A stretch of DNA of 64,000 nt from the human T2T-CHM13v2.0 reference genome, Homo sapiens. The notes beneath the pieces were generated by a model. That model did not search any database, had not been told where the DNA came from, and worked only from the letters and a program-made list of their open reading frames with translations. Made by a program: the position numbers and the translations under genes. Position 1 is the stretch's first letter. Each line of letters starts with the position of its first letter. Below, piece after piece: positions 12,701 through 21,700 of this stretch. The stretch is from assembly GCF_009914755.1 (NCBI RefSeq), contig NC_060925.1; one strand, 5' to 3'.

Positions 12701-15700
12701 GCTCCCTATGAGGGTGAAGGAGGGGCAGGGCACACCTCTGGGCCGTGGTACCCAGAGCACAGGGAGGCTGGCGGGAGCTCCCCGGCCGCATCAACAGGAC
12801 TGAGAGGCCCGTCTGGCATGGGGCCTGCGGACGCGACGTGCCCTGATTTCCAACGCGTCCAGCGAGGCAGTGTCCAGGCAGGCCCAGGTCCAGGCTGGGG
12901 AGAGCGGGCAGCAGTCGGAGCTGTTTGCTGTGGCGTGGCTGAGCGCCGAGTGTCTGTGGTCATGAGAGCTACAGTGGCCTCTTTGCAGCAGTGTGGGAGC
13001 ATCCAGGGGTGTGGGAGGGTGTGTGTGCAGGGGCGTGCTGTGGGTGTTGCAGGGGTGTGTGCAGAGGGGTGGGCGTGTACAGGGGCATGGCCACGGGTGG
13101 GTGATGTGTCCGCTTCTGGCGGAAGCCCCCTCCTAACAGGGACCGCTGCTGCAGGCCCACGGCTTTGCTGTGTTTCAAAGAAAGTAGCCCCCACCCTTGG
13201 TGGGGGACAGGATGTGGTATGGGAGCCCCTCCTGAGCACAGCTGGGCCATGTTTTGGAGGTGTCTGTGGGAGGGGCTGCAGGGGTCAGGTGGTGGCACAG
13301 GCTCTGCTGGTTCCATTGGGAATGAGCTTTGGGGTGAATGAGCAGCTCGTGAGGCAGCCCTGGGTTCGGCGGGGGGCAGGCAGGGTAGCCCTGGATGTGT
13401 CTGCTACTTATACAGCGGTAGGAAGGCTCACAGTGGTTTCCTGGGGTTCCCCAGCTCAGAACCCGCCTCAGGGAGTGCCCACCTGGAGCCGTGTGTCTGA
13501 TTAGGGATACCCGCGCACTGCGGGAACAGGTCAGGGCCGTGGAATGCTCGTAAAAGGGTTGCGCAAGCAGGCCTGGCCGAGCAGTATTCCAGGCACACAA
13601 ACGCAGTTATTACGTAGTCACCACTGGTGGGAAAAAAGGATTCAGAACTTAATGAGTTTAAAACAACACATGAGAGACGCTGAGGCAGGTGTGAGCGAAT
13701 GTTTCCACCGGGGCCTGACTTTCAGGCCGCTTCTCCTCGGCAGCTGCCTCTGCCCCAGGGTGGACTGGGAACGGCTGCCACGGGGGCTCCCCAACCTGTC
13801 CCCGCCCTGCCCTCCCCTCCCGTCTGCCTTACTCCAGACCTGGCTCAAGCCCACCTCTTCCAGGAAGGCCTTCTGGGACCACCAGGGGCTGTCCCGGCCT
13901 CCCTGCCTGGTTCAAGGCTAGACTCACCTTGTCCCTGTCTCTCCCCTGGACTCAGAGCAAGGCTGAAGAGGACGTGGAGTCTGGGGAGGATGCCGGGGCC
14001 AGCAGACGCAATGGCCGCCTCGTCGTGGGAAGCTTCTCCAGGCGCAAGGTCCGGCGCAGCTCCCAGGCCAGGGTCCCGGTCTGGGCCCAGTGTCCTCCCT
14101 GCTCCCAGTGCCCCGTGTCCTCCCTGCTCCCAGTGCCCCGTGTCCTCCCTGCTCCCAGTGCCCCAGTGGGCCCTGCCCCAGCCAGAGCAGATGGGGGTCT
14201 CCTCCAGTCCCCAGGGTTCCCAGCCTGGCTCACAGGATCCCCTCTGAGTCAGGCCGAGCTATCGGTTGCAGGTGCCAGGGACTGGGCCAGAAGCCTGGGC
14301 TCGGAGCTGGTGGGAACAGGTGCCTGGCTGGCTCACATCCCTTCTCTGGCCCACGCTGGCCCTCGCCCCAAGCTCAGGTGCCTTGTGGCTGCCCTGAGAG
14401 TCTGCCAGAGCCCAGATCGAGAGGGCGCCGAGGAGGCTTTGGCAGGCCCAGCCAGGCGGGATGGACATGGGAGGCTGCGTGGGCCGCTGGGGACCCCAGA
14501 GGATAGGCCCTCCCCAACCCCCCAGCCTTCGCCAAGGCCTGGCCTGGGCCAGAGGCCCTACAGCTCACACCTCTGCCCCCCGCACAGAAGAAGGGCAGCA
14601 AGCTGAAGAAGGCGGCCAGCGTGGAGGAGGGAGATGAGGGTCAGGACTCCCCGGGAGGCCAGAGCCGAGGGTAGGTGCCCTGCCCCACGGGGAGGCCCCG
14701 CACACTCCTGGGAGCCTGGCCCAACCGGGCCCTTCTCTGCGGTGACCCCACCAGGACCATCCCTGAGCAGGGCAGGACCTACCCCCTTCTTGGCCCCTGG
14801 AAGCAGTGAAGTGGTAGGGAGTGTGGTGTGCAGGGCAGGCTGGTGGCTGTGGGCAGTGGGGGCAGGGGCGGCTGAGCAGGTGGCTGGAGGGCCCAGGTCC
14901 CCACAGCCCTGGATGCTGCCGGGCTGTCGGCTCTCGGTCCTCACCGCCTCCTCTTATGAGGCCCCCAGCCTCATGCCCTCCCCAGGGGGCAACAAATGCC
15001 CGCCATGAAGTGGCTCCCCCTCTTCCCGTCCAGTCAGGCTGAATTCAAGGCCCAGGCCCCCGTGTCGGAGGCCTTCCTCAGCACTGTCTGGGGTCTCTTT
15101 GAGGTCTCAAACCTACAGGCCCAGAAGGAACTCCCACCCCTCCCGGACCCTGGGCTCCCCCCGTGCCGCCCACTCCCTCCTATTGCCGTCTCCCCTCACT
15201 TCCATCCCCCAATGGTTCCTCCGTGCCCCTCGCCTGGGCACAGCCCCCTCCTGTCTCATCCCGTCCCACGTGCCAGCCGGGCTCTGCCCTTAGCACACAT
15301 CTGATCCACGTGTGCCGCTGCCACCCGGCCGACACGGAGGCCCCCTTGGACCCTGGCCTCCTCTCCACATAGTGATTCTAGGCCAGACCCAGGCCCCGAG
15401 CCCAGCTCTCCCCTGCTCAGAACCTTCCAGAAGCCCCCACACCTGCCACGCTTGGCAGGCCACGTCATCCTCCACTGCACACAGTGCCTAGGGACTTTGC
15501 ACCTGCTGGTAGCTCCCAGCCAGCCCACATCCTGCCCAGCACTCAGGTTTCCGCAGCCCGCGGCCCAGTCTGGCGTCCGTCTCTGATGGTTCGGGGCCTG
15601 CTGCGTGAATTAATGAGGCTGCCCGAGCCCTGGAGCCCGTCTCACGGAGCTGGGTGCCAGGCTGGCCCTGGACGGGAGGGGTTCTGACCCCCTGCACCTG

Positions 15701-18700
15701 CCACAGGGCGACCCGGCAGAAGAAGACCATGAAGCTGTCCCGGGCCCTCTCTGACCTGGTGAAGTACACCAAGTCCGTGGCCACCCACGACATAGAGATG
15801 GAGGGTGAGTGGCTCGGGGACCTGGGGCCACGGGCGGAGGCCTCCCTGTCCCCCATCCCTGCTATGCTGCTGGGCGCCGGGCGAGGTCGAGGACTGGCAG
15901 TCTGATGCCCGGTCACCGGCGCCACAGCGGCGTCCAGCTGGCAGGTGTCGTCCTTCAGCGAGACCAAGGCCCACCAGATTCTGCAGCAGAAGCCGGCGCA
16001 GTACCTACGCTTCAACCAGCAGCAGCTCTCCCGCATCTACCCCTCCTCCTACCGTGTGGACTCCAGCAACTACAACCCGCAGCCCTTCTGGAACGCCGGC
16101 TGCCAAATGGGTGGGTGCGGGCATGGTGCGCTGGGTGTGGTGGGGAGGGCTCGGCTCAGACGGTCCCTGAAGCCCAAGGGGCGAGCAGGGGACCCGCTGG
16201 GGCCTCGGTTCTGTCCTGGGCTCTATTGCCCTTGGAGCCTCCACACCTCTGTGGCATGCTGCCGACACCAGGCTGCCACTGACACCAGGCTAGCACTGGG
16301 GCAGGGTCCTTCAGGCCTTGTGGGGGATGTGGGAGCGATGGTGCAGGCCTGTCCACCTACTCCCAGGGATACCTGCCTGCGAGGCTGGCTGCGCCAGCTC
16401 CGGGGATGTCCCTCCAGGATGTGCTGGCCTCAGTCCTGCACAGGTGTGAACCTTGGAGTCCCATTCACATTGGGTGAACGAGGGGCAGACGGCAGATACG
16501 CGGCAGCTGTGCAGGGGAGGCTAGCGTGTGGTGGCGGGTGGGCGGGGCACACACCTGGAAGGTCAGGTGCTGACCAGGGCAGCCTTGTGTCACCCTCGCA
16601 GTTGCCCTGAACTACCAGTCAGAGGGGCGGATGCTGCAGCTGAACCGAGCCAAGTTCAGCGCCAACGGTGGCTGCGGCTACGTACTCAAGCCTGGGTGCA
16701 TGTGCCAGGGTGAGGCACTCGGACACTCAGGGCTCGGACGCTCAGGGCTCGGATGGGCCTCCTGGGTGTCCCCAGAACAGAGATCGGAGCCCCACAGGCT
16801 AGCAAGGGGGTGGGGGCGGCTTTGGCAGAGTCCCCTGGAGGGTCAGGTTGGGACGAAGCTCCCAGGATGCTGGGGAGGTGGGTGGGGGAACCCTCCTTGC
16901 TAGCGTTGCAAAGAAGGGCCCAGCTCCGTCAGGAATCCAGGGATGGAGAACTGGGGAGCCTGGGCCCCACATGAGATTCATGGCAGGACTTGTCTGAGGG
17001 GCCCCAGTGCCAGCGACCCAGCCCCCTGTGCCTGGCCCCTCTGTGGGTCTCAGGACCTGGGTCTGGGCTGGGTGTTTGGAGGAACCTCCTCCCGGCTCTC
17101 AGACACCTCTGTTTTGTCTGCTGTGGATGACTTCCAGCTTGGTCCCCCTGTGGCCCTGGCAGGAGTATCACCATGGGAGAGGGCAGGACAGGGGCTGGGC
17201 GAGCAGGCCTCCCACTAGACCAGGCTACTCCTGCTGTGGACCAGCTACTTCCACCTCTGCCCTTGGCTTGCCCTCCTCAGAGTTCTCAGCCTGAGTGGGC
17301 CCTGGGGACACTGTCACCAGAGACCCCACCCCTCATACCCCCAGGGACCCAGACCCACCCCCAGAAGCCATGTGACCTCCTCGGCTCAGCTGTGGGAGGC
17401 ATGGGCTCTGTCCCACATGCTGCGGTAGCCACAAAGGTGATCCATACTGGGCCAGGTGCACCCCGAGGTGCCCCCCTGGACCACTGCCTCCCTCCCTCCC
17501 CCTGGCACCGGCTCCAGTCTCCTATGTGGGGGCTGGGGAGGGGGCTGTTGGCAGCCATGCCCCAGCAAGCAGGGGGCTTGCTGAGGGCTGGGCCACTGAC
17601 CACCTCCCCGGCATCCCCTCAGGCGTGTTCAACCCCAACTCGGAGGACCCCCTGCCCGGGCAGCTCAAGAAGCAGCTGGTGCTCCGGATCATCAGTGGCC
17701 AGCAGCTTCCCAAGCCGCGCGACTCCATGCTGGGGGACCGTGGGGAGGTGGGGGCCGTGGGGGCCAGCCCCACACAGGCGGGAGGGGTGGGAGTTGGGGG
17801 CGGGCCGGGCATCGCGATGGGCCCTGATGCCACCCCCACTCCTGTGTCCCAGATCATCGACCCCTTTGTGGAGGTGGAGATCATTGGGCTCCCTGTGGAC
17901 TGCAGCAGGGAGCAGACCCGCGTGGTGGACGACAACGGTGAGGCTGGGCCGTGGCTCCGTCACACCTGTGATGGAAGTCTGAGGGGGGAGGGTTGGGGCT
18001 ACCTGGTGTGCCCGGGTGCCCTGCCCAGGCCTCCCTCAGTGACAGTCCTGGGCGCCCTCCCCTCTAGGTGGGCAGTCCCGGAAGCAGCACCGGGAGTGGC
18101 ACTGGGAGTGGTGTGGGCCGGGGGCTCCAGGCTGGAGCGGTGCTGGGCCGGGCCCTCCCCATGGGACACTCCTCCTGGCGCTGCTTCCCCAGGGTTCAAC
18201 CCCACCTGGGAGGAGACCCTGGTTTTCATGGTGCACATGCCGGAGATCGCGCTGGTCCGCTTCCTCGTCTGGGACCACGATCCCATTGGGCGTGACTTCA
18301 TTGGCCAGAGGACGCTGGCCTTCAGCAGCATGATGCCAGGTGGGCAGGAGTGGACACGGTGCCCCCCACACTGGCCGAGGGCCCCAGGGCAGGGCAGGTA
18401 CTCTTTCCCCTGTGAGTCAGTGCCTGTGTAGGTGGGCCTGCACCTGGCACCAAAGAGACAGGAGCTGAGGACGGGAGGAGAGCCAGCCTGGGGATCTGCG
18501 GGTCAGGCAGGGGCATGGCCTGTGGGGGAGGGGCCACCCCCAGGAAGAGGTCCCTGCAGGCTGGTGCAATGCCAATGGGCTTCCTGGAGGAGGTGGGGTA
18601 GTGCTGGGCCCACAGGAGGCAGAGGCCCCAGGCCTGGGCTTGTTGGGTGTATCTGGGGTCTTGGGACCTTTAAGTAGAATGGGGGGCAGAGCAGGTGGGG

Positions 18701-21700
18701 GCCCTGGGAGGCTGTGACCTCATGACCCTGCTGACCCACACTGCTCCAGGCTACAGACACGTGTACCTAGAAGGGATGGAAGAGGCCTCCATCTTCGTGC
18801 ATGTGGCTGTCAGTGACATCAGCGGTAAGGTGAGTGTCACCCCCTGCCACCAGCCATCATGGGGAGGGGCCACACCAGCCCCTTGTCCCATGCCCCCCCA
18901 TGTGTCCCCAGTGCTGGGTCCTGAACTCAGGCAGTGAGGCCTAGGGTCCCCTCCCCGGGCCTCTGCTCCTCTATCTCAAGAGGGGCTGCTGTGGGGGCCT
19001 GGCTCCTGAGCCACCAGTGCCCACCTCTGATCTCAGGGCTGGCTTTGGGCATCTCGGGCAGGACAGGTCCTGAGTGCTCCGGGCCTTGCCCCGCCCTGTG
19101 TCACCCATGCCTGTCTCAGACTCTTGGGGGCCTTGCAGCCTCCACCCCTACAGTGCTGCCATCTGGCTTCTCAGCAGGGACCGAGTGATGCCCCTCTCCC
19201 CTCTACTACCCCCCACCCCTCTACTTCCTGGTGTCACGTGGAAGGCAGCTGCCCGGGTTTGCCTGTGACTCCACACCCAGCATGTCTGTCCCCTGCCCCA
19301 GGTCAGGGTGGGGCCTCGGCTTCCGCAGGAAGTGGTCTTGGTGCCAGCCCTGCTGCCCTGGCTTTGAGCTGGGGCCCAGTGCCCTCTGGGTCCTGCTGGC
19401 TGCAGCTGGCCCTCGGGGAACCCGCACACACAGCAGGAGGGGCCTGCCCAGGCCCAGTGCTGACTCTCTCCTGCCATGCTCTCGGGCCCAGAGGTGCCAT
19501 CCAGCCCCTGCCGTCTATCCACCCATCTGTTCCTCGTCCCCCAGGCTGCAGGGCTCCCCACGCCACTGCTGTGGCCGCCTCACCTGCTCCCCCTGTCTCT
19601 TTGGTCTTGCAGTCGGCTTCTCTATGGCCACAGCCTACTTTTAGAAGTGCAGCTCTGTTAGGAGCCTTGAAGGTACCCGGTGCGCGGGACAGTGCGGCCC
19701 GCCGCCCCTGCATGCCCAGGCCGCACCCCATTAGCATCCATGATTCCTGGTAGCATTTGGAGACTGTCGCTCATGTGACGTGGATCATGACATGGCTCCG
19801 GGGGCCCTGGCCATCCCCAGCCATAGTGGCATTTACGAGGCAGATCCAGGGTTCAGCTGGGTGGCCGCCTTCTCACTGGCCTCTCCTCCCCTCCCCTCCC
19901 TCAGTCCTCCCTCCCCTCCCTCAGTCCTCCCTCCCCTCCCTCAGTCCTCCCTCCCCTCCCTCAGCCCCTTCCCTGGCGGGAAGCCCGCTGGAGCCCCCAC
20001 TGTGCCCCTCCTATCCCCCTCCTTCTCTCTCCTGCCCCCATCTCGGACCCTCAGGCTGTTGGTTCTGAGTTCGCCTCCCACTCCCTCCCTGTCCTTGCCA
20101 ACCATGCCAGTGCATGGGATGAGGGCACCCCTGAGGCCGGCGCTCCGAGCCAGAATCCCGGATCTGCTTCTAAATGGCTTCCCAGCCACTGTGACCAAAT
20201 GCGTAGATTTGGGATCTTGAATCAGGAAGCTGATTCAAGTGCTGGCCATCTGAACGCATCTGCCCAGAGGCGCCCCTGCAGGGGGGTGACCCACCTGCCG
20301 GGCCTGGGCCGCTCTGTGCACGAGCACGGCTCGTCATGGGGGCGCGGTGGGTGCTGTCTCGGGGGCATCTGGCATGTGAGGGCCCCTCTGGCCTCTGCGC
20401 CCTGGAGATGCAGCTGCCTCCCTCTCAGCAGCTGTTCTGCCCAGGCAGGGACCTCCTGGGCCCAGCTGTCCAGGAAGATTGGCTGTGGCCAGGTGCTGGT
20501 GGGCTGGGAGTCTGAGCCCATCTTGGCAGGGCTCAGGGGGCAGCAAGCCAGCTGCGGGCCTTGGGGGCTCACATGAGTGGAGGGCAGGGCAAGACCAGAA
20601 AAGGCTGCCTGGGGGAATTCAGGAAGGCTTCCTGGAAGAGGTGGTACTTCCTAGGGCACGAGTATCACCATGGGAGTGGGCAGGACACGGGCCGGGCAAG
20701 TGGGCCTCCCGCTGCACCTGGCTACTCCTGCTGTGGACCAGCTACTCCTGCCTGAGGGTGGGGCACACACAACCAGGGAGTGCCACGCCAGTGTCCCCTG
20801 CTAGCGCCGGGGGCTGCGGGCCTCTGAGCAGGTGCAGGCTGTGGTGGGCCAGGCTGGGGCTCGAGGTCTCTCCTCCGGAGGGAAAGACCTTCTCTCCATG
20901 CCCCTCAAGGGCCCCACATGCCCTGGACAGGTCAGGCGAGGGCAGTTTCTGCCGGAAGGGTGGGGTGGGCCATGTGTACTTAGATCTGTAGCAGCTACTG
21001 TCCCAGGCAGAGCTGCCCTAGGGACCCTGCTCCTGAAGGCCCTGGTGTGTCCACACACCCCCAGCCTGAGGTGGCCCAGCCCCTCGGACCGAGACACGCA
21101 TGGCACGTCTGTGGCACGGTCTGGAGAGCTGGCCCTGGGGGAGCAGCTGCAGCTGGGCTGGGACCCCTGGCAACAGCTACATGGGCTCCTTCTCTTGCAG
21201 GTCAAGCAGGCTCTGGGCCTAAAAGGCCTCTTCCTCCGAGGCCCAAAGCCCGGCTCGCTGGACAGTCATGCTGCTGGGCGGCCCCCGGCCCGGCCCTCCG
21301 TTAGCCAGCGGATCCTGCGGCGCACGGCCAGCGCCCCGACCAAGAGCCAGAAGCCGGGCCGCAGGGGCTTCCCGGAGCTGGTCCTGGGTACACGGGACAC
21401 AGGCTCCAAGGGGGTGGCAGACGATGTGGTGCCCCCCGGGCCCGGACCTGCTCCGGAAGCCCCAGCCCAGGAGGGGCCCGGCAGCGGCAGCCCCCGAGGT
21501 AAGGCGCCAGCTGCGGTGGCAGAGAAGAGCCCTGTGCGAGTGCGGCCCCTGCGTGTCCTGGACGGCCCCGGGCCTGCTGGGATGGCCGCCACATGCATGA
21601 AGTGTGTGGTGGGATCCTGCGCCGGCGTGAACACCGGGGGCCTGCAGAGGGAGCGGCCACCCAGCCCGGGGCCTGCAAGCAGGCAGGCAGCCATTCGCCA

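Noticed and set aside
12428-13504. 358-aa ORF inside a PLCH2 intron
   Set aside because: Gly/Ala/Val-rich GC-driven composition, no recognisable domain, non-ATG start (GTG); long ORFs are expected at this GC content.
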